This document shows, one piece after another, positions 33,053-45,300 of a stretch of DNA of 64,000 bases (positions within the stretch are counted from its first letter, which is position 1; each line of letters starts with the position of its first letter). The notes below the pieces were generated by a model. That model was given only the letters and a program-made list of their open reading frames with translations, was not told where the DNA came from and made no database searches. The translations under genes were made by a program, and so were the position numbers. The stretch spans positions 1 to 64,000 of the forward strand of contig LT649237.1 of the NCBI GenBank assembly GCA_900128395.1, read 5' to 3'. The stretch comes from Stramenopiles sp. TOSAG23-2 (taxonomy: Eukaryota).

Positions 33053-33158
33053 TATATATTACGAGTAGTATAGAATAATACATCATGATATAATCATACG
33101 AAGTCCGTATAATGCGACTTCGTATGATAATATCTTTTTTTATAAAACCTCCTTTTCC

Positions 33159-36100
33159 TCACGCTGTTTCCTCTTCTAAATCTTCCAAATCTTCTTCTTT
33201 AATTGTGTCGATAGCATCATGAACACCTGTATTTTCTTCAACTGGTTCATTCTTTCTATCTCCACCCTTTTGTTCATCATCCGCAACAACATCTTCTTCG
33301 TCCTCTTCTTTTACCGTCTCCAAACCTTCTTCTTCTAAAAATGCTTTTAACTCTTTAAATTCTTTACTTCCTTCTGAATCATCGTCAATCAAATCTTCCA
33401 ATAATTCAACCTTACTTCCATCGTCAAGTTTAATATCGACTACTTCGCCATCGATTTTAACAGCTATTATGTCAACTCCATCTTCTTCATCTAATTCAAA
33501 AGCAATTGCTTCAAACGGTTTTCGTTTTTCATAACTTAATAAACGAATGCGCCACTTTATTTTTATGAAATCTTCATTCCCAAGATCTTCATCTTCCTCT
33601 TCTTCCTCTTCTTCATCTTCTTCCTCTTCTTCACCAGTATTATCGCCTTCTGCTTCTTCTTTTTCCTCTTCCTCTTTCTTTGCATCTTTATTACCTCCTT
33701 TTATTGGATCTAGTGGTATGTTTTTATTTTCAGCGCTCTTATTTACTTTTTCTTCTAATTGATCCGCTTCCACACTTTCCGTCGCTGTTTCTATTTCTTT
33801 TTTATTTACATTTATTGGAGCTAATGGTTTCTTTTTTTTTGTAAGACTCAGTGGTGGCAATCCATTATTACTAATTTTTGGTATTTCTTTATCTTTTACC
33901 TTCATTGTATCGTCTACTTCTTCTTCTTGTTTCTTTTGTTTATCTTCTTCCTCCACTTTTTTCTCTTCTCCGGCTTCTTCTTCTTCTGTTCCTTGTTTCT
34001 TCACATTTTTGTTATCGTTCATTATTTCTTCATCTTTCGTCTCCTCTTTATCATTAGATTCTTTGGATTCTTCTTCATCATCATCCTCTTCGTCCATCGA
34101 CTCCTCGCCATCTTCTTCCTCCTCTCCTTCTTCGCCCTCAACACGATATTCTTCACTATCTGTACTTTCAAAATCATCTTCACTACTTTCATATACATAT
34201 TTAAACTCATGCATTACATTTTCATATATTTTTGGCGGCGCGGGATCATCAGTTCGTCTTTCCATTATCTGAAGGCCAGCATGTATTTTACTATCACTTG
34301 AATCTCCAAGGTGGAAATGCAAAGTTGGTGGATTTGAGCCTGCATTAATATCGTATCCAGAAACGAAATATCCCAATTCGTTTTTATGCATTTTTCGCAC
34401 CTCATAATACGTTAAGAGAATGTGCTTCGATACCTCACCTGGTTTTCCATGTTTTAAAGCTTTCCATCGTATTTCTAGCTTCTCAATTATTGGGAATCCA
34501 AGTCCATCGTCTTCTGCTTCTTCTTCATCATCCTCTAAATCTTCATCTTCCTCTTCTACGTCGTCATCTGACTCATCGCCTGATTTCATCTCGCCATCTA
34601 ATGCAGGTGGTTTGGCTTTACGTGAATATGCGTCAATCATTTCATCTGTTACATACATTTTATACAATCTATCAAATAGTTTAACACTGGAACGATTGAG
34701 CGGGCGAACCAATCTTATCCTTCCTGACTCTAATTGCTCTCGTATTAAAAGGCATTCTCCACAAACACAACCTAAGGCTTTCTCTCCAGCTAAAACTTTT
34801 CGTTTATATTTCAAATCTCGTATGACGCCCATATCAAAATGACCAATTTGTTCGACAAATAATGTACGGGTATAACCTTCATAACCAGTTGCACGTGCCA
34901 ATTTCCATTCTTTCTTTCCACTATCGCCATATGTATAGACGGAAACCATCCATTCAATAGACATACATGATTTCATTAAGAATTCACGTCTTTTCTTGGA
35001 TAAATTATTTCTTAATTTTAAATGTTTCTTTGCACTTTGTGTTGGTGGATTCATAACGACAATGTCTTCGAACACTCTGCAGTTTTCTGGTGGGTGCCAT
35101 GCACATTTTAAAGGTGGGCATGGTCCAAATTGAAATACTTCTATATTACTTAGACATTTTTCGCCGTATTTCAAAGCGTAAGACAAGAGTAATGGTTGAT
35201 AATTTAACGTAAGGGAATCTTGTGGGTTTGTTTCTAATACAACATCAGCAAATTCTTCAAACTCGATTTTACCATCTCCATTTTCATCAAAATATGCTAT
35301 GAAATAGTTACCAAATTTTTCATCAATTTCTTCCATAAACAATTTCAAAACGCTTTTAAACTCATCAATATTGACCATACCAGTACCAGTTTTGTCAAAT
35401 AACTTAAATATTTGCTCTAATTTTTTCCTTGTGTCAGTGCCAAATTCTTTAAATTTCTGTTCTATGAGTTGTTTTTGCGATAGTGTTTTTGAAGGTTTTT
35501 TCTTCTTCTTTTTATCATTCAAAGTATCACTTTTTTTTTCATCGTCCCCATTTTCACTTTTTAACACTTCTTCCACAACATCATCCAAAAGATCATCTAT
35601 CCATTCTTGTATGACTTCATGCTTTCTTCGTTCTTCCTCCTCTGGCGTTATCATTAAACGATCTTCAAAAATTTTCTTTTCAACAGCATTTAATAAATGT
35701 TCGTCACTATGCTGTAATTTTTCGCGTAGTTTGTGCAATAATTGTAAGAATATTGTTGCATTTGCAGTTGGCCAATCCTTCACTTTTTCAAGTAATGTTT
35801 TATGTTTTGTTACCGTGTAATCGATATTCATAAGACGGTTATCTAGAGTATATTCATCAGGGTACCATGTTGCTTGTTTGCTCAAACCCATAGTTCCTCT
35901 ACGTTTTTTTACTTTCATTTCTGCGGTTACGGGTGATCTTAATGCAATTCGACGACTGTATGCATCTTGAAATGGTGGTGGTTGTTGTTGTTGCTGCTGC
36001 TTTGGGTTTTTTGCTGGACTTGGAGTCACTATTTTTTGGTTTTCCGCATTGCTAAGACCATACCTAGAACATATAGCGGCTAAATATTTTGCCCACCGTA

Positions 36101-38498
36101 CCCAATTATCATTTTTTCTTTTAAAATCTAATATATCATGTTGCAAGGTAACATATTGCCTTGAAAGCTCTTTATCATCAGCTGAAACGAAGTCATTTCC
36201 ATCTACGATATATACATATCGTACCTCATCCTCCCCTGGATCCTCCGAGGCTGATACGAGTATATTAATAACTTTTTTCTCTTTTTTTCTCGCAGGAACT
36301 AAAATGACAAAACGTGCCATATTTCTTCCAACGTATATTCTAGTTGATAATGTAACTTGTTTCATCCCGTTCAATCCTTGCGAAAGTGCTTGTAGACATT
36401 TTTTCGTGGATGGTTTTTTTTGATATTTTTTTGGTATCATTTTTGCTAAGCCATTTGGTACAAGCACACTTAAATCACAAATGGTTTCATATGCTAAAAG
36501 TGTCGTTGTCAAAGACATTTCTTGTAAAACTTCTTGTTTCTTTTCTACGGCAAGTCTATCTACTTTATCAATTTCCTGGACTGGTATGTACGTAGCATTT
36601 TCTCTTCTAGTTTCTTTGATAACTTCCTGTTTTCTCCTTTCTTGTATAGCGAGCCATTCTTTATCTTCCTCATCATCACTCTCAAATGTTACTCGTTTGC
36701 CATCTCCCTGTGCTCCTTCCTCCGATACTTTTTTATCGTTATCTTCATCATCTTCCTCTTTTTCTTCTTTTGGTAGTGGTGGTGGAACAAACTCAACTTC
36801 TTCCTCATCAAAACGTTTATCATCATCATCATCATCATCTTTCATTCCTTTCTTTTTTTTACTAGCAACGCTTTTTGATTTTTCTTTCTTTCCAGATGAT
36901 TTTCCTTCCTCTTTTTCGTCCTCTTCTTCTTTTTCAAATTCTAATTTTTTCTCAACTTTACTAGCTGCTTTTTTCAGTTTTGCCATATGTTTACGATGTT
37001 TCTTCTTCGCTTTCTTAGCTGATTGCTTTTGTTTCTTCACATGTTTTAAAAGAGCATCTATTCCTCCAGCTTGTATATGTTTTCGATAAATGTATCCCCT
37101 ATAGTTATGTGTGATCATATTCGCAGCATTGATTTTTTTCTCTTTAAATGAGGCGTAAGATTTTCTTTCGTTCACACCTCTAGCTCTTGCTTGTATTTTT
37201 GTAGCAGCATAATAACGTTTTCTCCTAGCTGCCCTTTTTTTCTGTTGTTCAATTCTTTCTTGTCTTCTACGTTCTCTTTCTTCGCGTAATTTACTTATTT
37301 CTTTTTTAAATGTTTTTCTAGTCACATATCCTTTATATGCGGATTGGATCTTTATTGTACTGCGTAAACGTTTTCGTTCTAGACGTAATGCTTTTAATTT
37401 TGGTTCCGTTTGTGATCGTATATTGAAAAAACGAAAAACAGATTGTATTTTTGCAGCGCAACGATGTTGTAATCTTTCATAACCAATTAAGCGTTTCCGC
37501 AAGCGTCTATATATTTCATCTTTCCTTCTACCAATTTTTGTTCCAAGCAATTTAAAATCATCTAATCCTATTGATAAATGAGATGTACGTCCAGATGGCA
37601 AACGTATCATTAAAATACCATCTAATTCATTGTATAAATATACTTGACATTTTAACTTATATGAATGATCTTTATCATTTTTATCCTTTAAAACTGAATG
37701 TTTTTTTAATGGTATTGCTACCATCCAATCAACGGAATGGATGACTCTATTTTGTTTTGTTGCTAAGCCTTGATATTTTATATTTAAAAATCGGTTCTTT
37801 GAACGTTTTGCAACTACTGATATTTTTTTATTATTTACATTTTGTTGTTTGGAAGAATTAGATTTTTCTGCTGTTGTCTTTTTCTTTTTGTTTTTATCTT
37901 TGTCGTTATTTTTTGTTGGTGGTGGCAAAAAATTACCATTTCTATCACGTTTCCAACCTTTTCTTTCAAGTTCAGGCCATGTATTATTCCAAAACATTTT
38001 GCTTTCATTTTCATTGCTGTGGATATTTAGACGTTGTTTTTTTATTCCTTTCTTTCTTAAACTCTTTAAAAAATTCCGTTTGGAACTTTTAGTATAATTT
38101 GACATAATTTTTTTCTGTTTCTCTGCATCTTGTAATAACCATGACGGTACACGTGGTGATTCTAATATATTTGAATGGTTTAACGATGCTAATACTTCTT
38201 CTGGCAATCTATTTACACTTTTTTTAATATTATTTTTTGAATTATTCTTACTTTCTACTGATGTATTGTTATTGTTATTATTATTGTTTTCATTGTCATG
38301 ATGATGATGATTATGTTTATTTATATTATGATGGTGTCCAGTTGACATGGCTTTTCCTTTCTTTTTTTTTCTATGTAATTTTTGTATTTTCTTTGCTGCA
38401 TCTATTTGTTCATCTTTTTCTTTTCTTACTTGTCTACCACGATGCAATGCTTGCATTTTCGTCGCTGCATTTATTTCATCTTCCGTTGGTTTATTCAT
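33159..38498 (-). CDS. Large IQ-motif and EF-hand protein with acidic low-complexity regions
   Basis: Multiple IQ motifs (AATKMQALHRGRQVR, AAKIQSVFR, TIKIQSAYKGY, ATKIQARARG) and an EF-hand pair (FDKTGTGMVNIDEF, FDENGDGKIEFEEF). Confidence 0.85.
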   Translation of the reverse strand: MNKPTEDEINAATKMQALHRGRQVRKEKDEQIDAAKKIQKLHRKKKKGKAMSTGHHHNINKHNHHHHDNENNNNNNNNTSVESKNNSKNNIKKSVNRLPEEVLASLNHSNILESPRVPSWLLQDAEKQKKIMSNYTKSSKRNFLKSLRKKGIKKQRLNIHSNENESKMFWNNTWPELERKGWKRDRNGNFLPPPTKNNDKDKNKKKKTTAEKSNSSKQQNVNNKKISVVAKRSKNRFLNIKYQGLATKQNRVIHSVDWMVAIPLKKHSVLKDKNDKDHSYKLKCQVYLYNELDGILMIRLPSGRTSHLSIGLDDFKLLGTKIGRRKDEIYRRLRKRLIGYERLQHRCAAKIQSVFRFFNIRSQTEPKLKALRLERKRLRSTIKIQSAYKGYVTRKTFKKEISKLREERERRRQERIEQQKKRAARRKRYYAATKIQARARGVNERKSYASFKEKKINAANMITHNYRGYIYRKHIQAGGIDALLKHVKKQKQSAKKAKKKHRKHMAKLKKAASKVEKKLEFEKEEEDEKEEGKSSGKKEKSKSVASKKKKGMKDDDDDDDKRFDEEEVEFVPPPLPKEEKEEDDEDNDKKVSEEGAQGDGKRVTFESDDEEDKEWLAIQERRKQEVIKETRRENATYIPVQEIDKVDRLAVEKKQEVLQEMSLTTTLLAYETICDLSVLVPNGLAKMIPKKYQKKPSTKKCLQALSQGLNGMKQVTLSTRIYVGRNMARFVILVPARKKEKKVINILVSASEDPGEDEVRYVYIVDGNDFVSADDKELSRQYVTLQHDILDFKRKNDNWVRWAKYLAAICSRYGLSNAENQKIVTPSPAKNPKQQQQQQPPPFQDAYSRRIALRSPVTAEMKVKKRRGTMGLSKQATWYPDEYTLDNRLMNIDYTVTKHKTLLEKVKDWPTANATIFLQLLHKLREKLQHSDEHLLNAVEKKIFEDRLMITPEEEERRKHEVIQEWIDDLLDDVVEEVLKSENGDDEKKSDTLNDKKKKKKPSKTLSQKQLIEQKFKEFGTDTRKKLEQIFKLFDKTGTGMVNIDEFKSVLKLFMEEIDEKFGNYFIAYFDENGDGKIEFEEFADVVLETNPQDSLTLNYQPLLLSYALKYGEKCLSNIEVFQFGPCPPLKCAWHPPENCRVFEDIVVMNPPTQSAKKHLKLRNNLSKKRREFLMKSCMSIEWMVSVYTYGDSGKKEWKLARATGYEGYTRTLFVEQIGHFDMGVIRDLKYKRKVLAGEKALGCVCGECLLIREQLESGRIRLVRPLNRSSVKLFDRLYKMYVTDEMIDAYSRKAKPPALDGEMKSGDESDDDVEEEDEDLEDDEEEAEDDGLGFPIIEKLEIRWKALKHGKPGEVSKHILLTYYEVRKMHKNELGYFVSGYDINAGSNPPTLHFHLGDSSDSKIHAGLQIMERRTDDPAPPKIYENVMHEFKYVYESSEDDFESTDSEEYRVEGEEGEEEEDGEESMDEEDDDEEESKESNDKEETKDEEIMNDNKNVKKQGTEEEEAGEEKKVEEEDKQKKQEEEVDDTMKVKDKEIPKISNNGLPPLSLTKKKKPLAPINVNKKEIETATESVEADQLEEKVNKSAENKNIPLDPIKGGNKDAKKEEEEKEEAEGDNTGEEEEEDEEEEEEEDEDLGNEDFIKIKWRIRLLSYEKRKPFEAIAFELDEEDGVDIIAVKIDGEVVDIKLDDGSKVELLEDLIDDDSEGSKEFKELKAFLEEEGLETVKEEDEEDVVADDEQKGGDRKNEPVEENTGVHDAIDTIKEEDLEDLEEETA

Positions 38499-39316
38499 CC
38501 TGTTGTTTCTATATATGTTGTGTGTGTGTATATATATATATATTTGTAGAGAGAGAGAGATGTTGCTGTCATCGTTCTGGTTGTAAAAGGATATAGATAT
38601 CTATGTTTTTATATTATTGCTCATCATATTAGGATTTGATTGCCTTGTTGGGATTCCAACAAAAAAATAACGTCTGATGATGAAGCTGTCGTGATGCTTC
38701 GAACTAACATGTGAATAATAACATTGTATCATAAGGCATATTTTTTCAATCCGGAGTGGAGTGTGTAAGGCTTGTAAGGCTTTGTATCTCCCTAAATCCT
38801 TTTTCGTTCCATTTCCATATATGCCTAACTACGGTATTTTATATACTAATAATTCTTGAAATTTCCTACCTTATTGGCCCTCCGCGGGCAGTTTGCAAAA
38901 TTGAAAATTGAGATTAGTATTCTAATTTCCATTTCAAGTATATTGTATTACCTATGTATGTCTTGATTAAAATGTGGTTATTGACAGTTATTTCCATTAC
39001 CGTTGTTACGTTAAAAACAGCTTGTTGAAAACCAATGATATTTACACCGTAAACAGGAGGAATCAAAATTGTAGCGAAGAAATAATACCACACACAAATA
39101 TATTTACATACATATTTGCAATGTACATATTGTAAACAGTGAGATACATTCTTTTCATATTATATAACATTGAATCAAAGATTACAGTATTAATATATCT
39201 CATATTTGTACAAACAAGCTTTTCTTGTTTTGGAATTAAGAAGAGTACTTTAATATATATATAAAGGTAAAAGAGTTATATTAACAAAATATATTAATCA
39301 TACATCGTAATATTAG

Positions 39317-39348
<32 letters not shown>

Positions 39349-39388
39349 GGAATAGGAATAATAATAATAGGAATATAACAACAAGAAG

Positions 39389-42300
39389 ATGTCGCATTCA
39401 ACTACCTCGAAACGAAAGACATTAAAGAGTAAATCCACTAGAAATAATAATAGTTCAAAAGGACCTGCTACTGATGTTCCTCCACATAAAAATATACCGT
39501 CTCACTTGAAATATCCCAATTATCGCAAAGTTGATGAGGCAACTGTTTTAGCTATGGCAGAAGGGACGCATTCAAAAAGTGACTTAAGAAAAACAAAGCC
39601 AAGTTTAATGTTAAAAGACTTACGTGCTACAAGGGATCCAGCTGAAGATGGGGAATTGGTACGACCAGCTCCGCCAGAGATATTGGAGTTTTTAAATATT
39701 GAAGATTACAGTGCACAGAAACAATGCACCGTGCCGTTGGAATATCCACTTTTTCAACCATATCCAGCAGATTTAGTGTTTCGTAATTTTGAACCGTTTG
39801 GCACATACCATCAAAGACTTTATTTTCGCAATAACGACTCGTTTGCAAGACGTGTACGTATATTGTCGCCAGACTCTCCATTCTTCACCGTAAGGCCTGT
39901 ATTTGATGATCCTTCTTTAGCCGTTCCAAAAAATGGTAAAGTTGCAGCTGGTATGGAAGTTTGCTACATCGTTACCTTTCGACCTAGAGAGAAACGTGAT
40001 TATAATTATAGTTTAATATGTGTTACGGAACGTGAAAAATTTGCTGTTCCAGTACGAGCTATTGGTACGAGGGCGTGTTTAGACTTTCCAGATAATGTTG
40101 AAATGGGAATGGCGCCAGTGAAACATACGGCAACAAAAACTTTTTTAGTGCGTAATGTTGGTGAGAAAGCAACTAAATTTGCTTTATCTGCGAGCCAACC
40201 ATTTGATGTAGAACCAAGAAATGGTTTTGTTGCACAAGGTGCTAGTATACAAGTAACTGTTATGTTCACTCCAGATGTTGCACGTTCATATGAAGGAGAA
40301 ATGACATTGGAATATGAAAATGGACAAGTAGCCGTTGTTGGACTTACCGGGGACGCACAAAATATCAATGTGCATCTAGGATCTCAAATTGTTGAAATTG
40401 ATCCTGCATACATATCATTATCATCCCAAAAAACTGTGAAAGTTTATAATCGTAGTGGTGTTCCAGTACAATTTAGTTGGAAAGCATTTGGCGCGACGGA
40501 GGAAGAGCAACATGAAAGGAACAGATTGCACAATGAGTTAAATCGCATGGAAGAGATGGAACGACGCCATTTAGATTCTCAACATTTTGAAGATGAAGAT
40601 GGGGATGAAGATGATTATAGTGAAGACGAAGGGAACAATATGCCAGCAGCAAAACGACGTGAAATTGCAGCATTGTCACGTAAATATAAACATTTAAGGC
40701 GTGCAGTGCAAGAAGATTCATTATTATTTGCAGATGAAAATTTCTCAATAGAGCCTATTCAAGGAGAAGTGTGGGCAAATAGTGAATTGGAATTCACGAT
40801 TACTTTTTCCCCAGAACAAGCTGCTGATTATGCATGTGTTGCATTCTTATCAACCACTGGTAGGGAACAATGCTTGCCATTGAAAATCCAAGCAACTGGT
40901 ATTGGTCCACAAGCATCTTTTACCTACGATGTGTTAGATATAGGTGATGTGTTTGTTAATAGTGTTCATACATACGAGCTTGTGATGGAAAATAGCGGTG
41001 AAATCGATGCGGAATACGATTTACAACCATCCGATACGCCATTTGGTCCTAAATTTAAATTTTCACCTGAATCTGGTAAATTAGCCGTAGGTGAAGCGCA
41101 TAAAATTGAAGTTAGTTTTTGCTCAGAAATTCTTGGAGAATTTTCTGAACATTTTCATTACAGTTTAAAAGGCAGTCAAATTCCTCTTAGCGTACATTTC
41201 AAAGGTCATGTAGTAGGCCCAACTTTTCATTTTAATGTGGAAGACATTGATTTTGGCATTGTTTCGTATGAATTTGTCAATAACCGAAGCTTAACTTTGT
41301 ATAATACTAGTGAAATTCCAATGACATATACGTTAAGAGTACCTCAAGATGGCAAATTTCTTCAAAAAGAGTTTGACATCAACCCATCAAGTGGAACTAT
41401 CGTTCCGGATGGTAAGGTGGACATCCAAGTTGATTTCATTTCAACAACTGTTAGAGTTTATGAAATGTATTTAACAGTAGATGTTGAAAACGTAGGCGAA
41501 GGATTGCTTTCCATTCCTATTAAAGCAGAGTGCCGATTACCAGACGTAACGTTGGGATCTGAGGAAATTGAATATGGATCATGCTTTTTAAGATATCCAT
41601 ATGTAAAAACATTGGAATTAATTAATGACAGTGATCAAAAAGCAAGGTATGAATTCTTACCGCAAGAGGAGCATACGATGATACTTGGGACGTATGAAAC
41701 GGAAGAGACAAAAGGTACCATTGATGCGAGAAGTCGTGTTGAAGTACCAATAACTCTTACATGTGAAAAATTAGGCAAAGTAAATCTTCCAATGTTTGTT
41801 AAAATATCAGGCCAAGAAAGGCCACCAATGAATATTGCATTAAATGCAAATGCAACAGGTCCAAATGTAATCTTAGATCAAAACGATGGAATCAACTGGG
41901 GGCCAACAACATGTTTAATACCATCCACCAGAGAATTAAAAGTAACAAATGATTCTCTTATTCCAGCTCCATTCCGCACATTTATGAAAACCCAAGGTTC
42001 TGTTTTCTCCGTTGATTTAAACGAAGGTATGTTAGCACCAGGTGAAAGTGTTGTTTTGAAGATTACTGCTAAACTTGATGATACGATTGTTCATAAAGAT
42101 CAATTACAAATCATAGTACATGAAGGTGGAAATATCATTGTTCCATTGGTAGCCAAAGGGGAAGGTACTACACTATCATGTGATGATGATATCTCCTTTA
42201 TCGAATATGATTATCAATTTACCAGCGTTACCTGTGAAAAAAGATTCTTCATTAAAAATTTAGGAAGGCGTGCGCAAGATATCACATGGGTAAATAAAAC

Positions 42301-45300
42301 TGTAAAAGAAAATGATGAAAAAGCACAAACGGAGTTTATACATGCTATGCGTGAATTTAAAGAGAAAGGTGATGATAAAAAGAAAAAGAAAAAGAGAAAG
42401 GCGCCAGTTGAGCCAAGTCCATCAACCGCAGTGTTCACAGTGGAGCCGGAAACAGTTACTTTAAAACCTAATACAGGTTGTGAATTTAGTTTTTATGGCA
42501 ACACGCCGTTAACTGATAATTTCTTAGAGGAATTAATATGTGAAATTAAACAAGGAAAAGAAAAAAATGGCCGTCCAATGTTGTCTTGCAAATGCCATGG
42601 TATTTTCATTAACCCCGTGCTTGAACCTTCTGTAAAAGAATTATCGTACGTATATACGTGGCGGGATGGCATGCCATTGACTCAACAAATTCAACCTATT
42701 ACATTAAGAAACGTTGCTGAATTGCCATTAGATTTTGTTTTGCGTACTCAATTACCATTTAGTATCGATACGTACGAATTTAAATTAATGCCTAATGAAA
42801 CGACTACAGTAAATGTTTCATTTGATCCTGGCTACAGAGACGATCGTGTTTCCCACGTAGCTGAAAGTGCCCTTACTGCTGTTTATAGAGATCACCCTAA
42901 ACGTGATTCCATTCCATTAATTGGGGAAATCAACTTTCCAAATTTACAATTCGATTACACTACTGTTGATTTTGGTACCGTCTTAAACGATACCACGCAA
43001 ACGGTTAGCGTCAAAGTTACCAATATTAGTAAAATTGATACAGATTTAAGCTGGACATTTGAAGCTGATGAAGAAGCTGCACGCAAAAAAGCTACAGCTG
43101 CGCGTCCATATATTCCTGTCAATCAGGTATATGACGTTCTTCCTATTCGTAGTTTGTTGCGTCCTGGTGAAACGGAAGTTGTTGAATTTGCGTTTTACGG
43201 CCATGCAAATCGTAAATTCCGCACTACGGCTGTTGGTATAGTTCAAGGAGGACCAGAATATCCTGTTGTATTGCAAGGGGAAGCATCGACGATAGCACAT
43301 AGAATGGATCAGTCATATCTAGATTTTGGAAAGGTTCCATATGACGTGGAAGATGAAGTGAAAGAATTTAATATTATTAACCCAGGACGCGTACCTTTTG
43401 ATTACCGTTTGCGCCTTGATGAACTTTCACGACCGGATATTATAGTAGCTCAGCCAACTAGTGGCAGAGTATATGCAGGAGACAAACAAAAAATTACCAT
43501 TAAATTTATGCCAGGTGTTCCAGATAGAATTATGGAGCAAGTAAAAGTAGATATTGCCCATTTTGAACCAATTTTGTTCCCAATATATGGACATGGTATC
43601 TTTACAAATGTTTTTGTTCAGCTTCCACGGGAAGATGCTGATGATGAAGTTTGGTTAGCAACATTAGAGGAAGCTCGAAGAGCGATTGAGGGGGCTAAGA
43701 ATGGAGAGACTATGGAAAATCAACCACCACTTCCACCTGCAATAGTTCCACCATCCCAAGATGGTTCTCGTCCAGATACTAAGCAATCAACATTGACAAC
43801 AGGCCGTAAAATGATAGCACAGCGAGGAAAAGATGCCGGTGTTGAAAATAGTGGCGAATCTGGACCACCAAAAACTGCTCCTGCAATGTTAGCAATACCT
43901 ATTACATCCAGAAAAGCTTCTGTTGAAACTGTTGATGAGGATCAACTTCCACCAGCAGAAAAAGACGAAGCAATAGCCATTCAAAATGAGGCAAATCGTA
44001 TTGTTTTTATGAGATATTTGTTAAAACAATTAGAAAATAATGCAAGGGCATTTGATATGGAAAATGACGGGTATGAAGATGATGATGGCGATGATCCATT
44101 TTCTGATACAAAATCAAAAACATCAAAGACTTCTAAATCCAATGTACAAGTTCCAAAATTACCAATTGCTGTAGTTGAAGCCCCTAGTAAAAATGCAATG
44201 TCAAAAGCAAAGCCGATTGAAACGGAAGATGGTGGATTATTAACTGTTAGAAGTCAATTTACACCGGATTTTGTTCTAGCAAAATACGTGTGTGATTTTG
44301 GTCATGTAGTAGCTGGTACCGTGCGCAAAAAGAAATTTGTAGTTTCAAATACTGGATATCTTCCTGTAACATTTACCATCGATTCCGGTGGTGCTTCGTC
44401 GAAAGGGTTCCATATGGACCCAGAAAAAGTTAAGAATGTTCCTGAAGGTGAGGATATTAATTTCAAAGTTACATTTAAATCAAAACGTAGTCGATTAGGT
44501 CCAATTCAAGTAGAAGTTCCAATATTTTTGAAAGATGGTCCAGCTATTGTCTTAATCTTAAAAGCTAATGTGACAATACCAGACGTATCTGTTACTCCAG
44601 AGCAAGGTATTGACTTTGGTACAGTTCTATTGGGCAGAACTAAGATTATCAATTTCCAATTGAAAAATTTAGCTCCTGTTCCTACAACTTGGAGCCGTGC
44701 AAAACAAACGAAAAATGCTCAAGACGAAAACTATTTTATATGTACACCAGATGTTGGGACATTAGCGCCAGGAGAAGCGCAAAATATTCAAATACATTTC
44801 ACACCAACTGGCAATCGTTCATATGAATTTAAATTGCCAGTTAAGATTGTTTCAAATCCTAGAGTCAAAACGATTGATTTGAAAGGTCAAGGTAAGGAAT
44901 TGTCCATTATGTTTACACCGTCAAGAGTCAGCCAAGTCCCTGTATTACCATTCGCAGATCCAACTTCTGTTATTGTTAATGCAATCAATGAAAACGATTA
45001 TGACGTTGAATTTTATAGTCTAGATTTTGATACCCAATATGGGGAAGAAGAGAAAGTATTGCGAGAAATAGATGAAGCGATTTGGACTGGTCATATTCAT
45101 GGTGATAGTGTTGTAAAGGGATTGAGTAATTACAATTCTACAATGGTTGTTGAACCTAGAAATGTTGGCGGCGGTTTGCCAGAGAAAGTTTTAGAAAGCA
45201 AAGCTAGAAAGGAGAGAAAGCAACTTCGCAGGGAAAAGCGTGCTGCAAGAGAAGCAAAACGTAAAGCCCGCGAAGAGGCTGTTAAAAAAGCAGAAGAAGA

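Noticed and set aside
33159-33161. Other TGA stops as possible Sec or as a sign of an alternative genetic code
   Set aside because: They lie at natural protein ends without a redox motif or continuing frame. Long genes use TAA, TAG and TGA as ordinary stops and TGG for Trp.
39318-39375. (AAT)n/AATAGG, (TA)n, (CA)n and (GA)n tracts near gene ends
   Set aside because: Ordinary microsatellites typical of this AT-rich genome.
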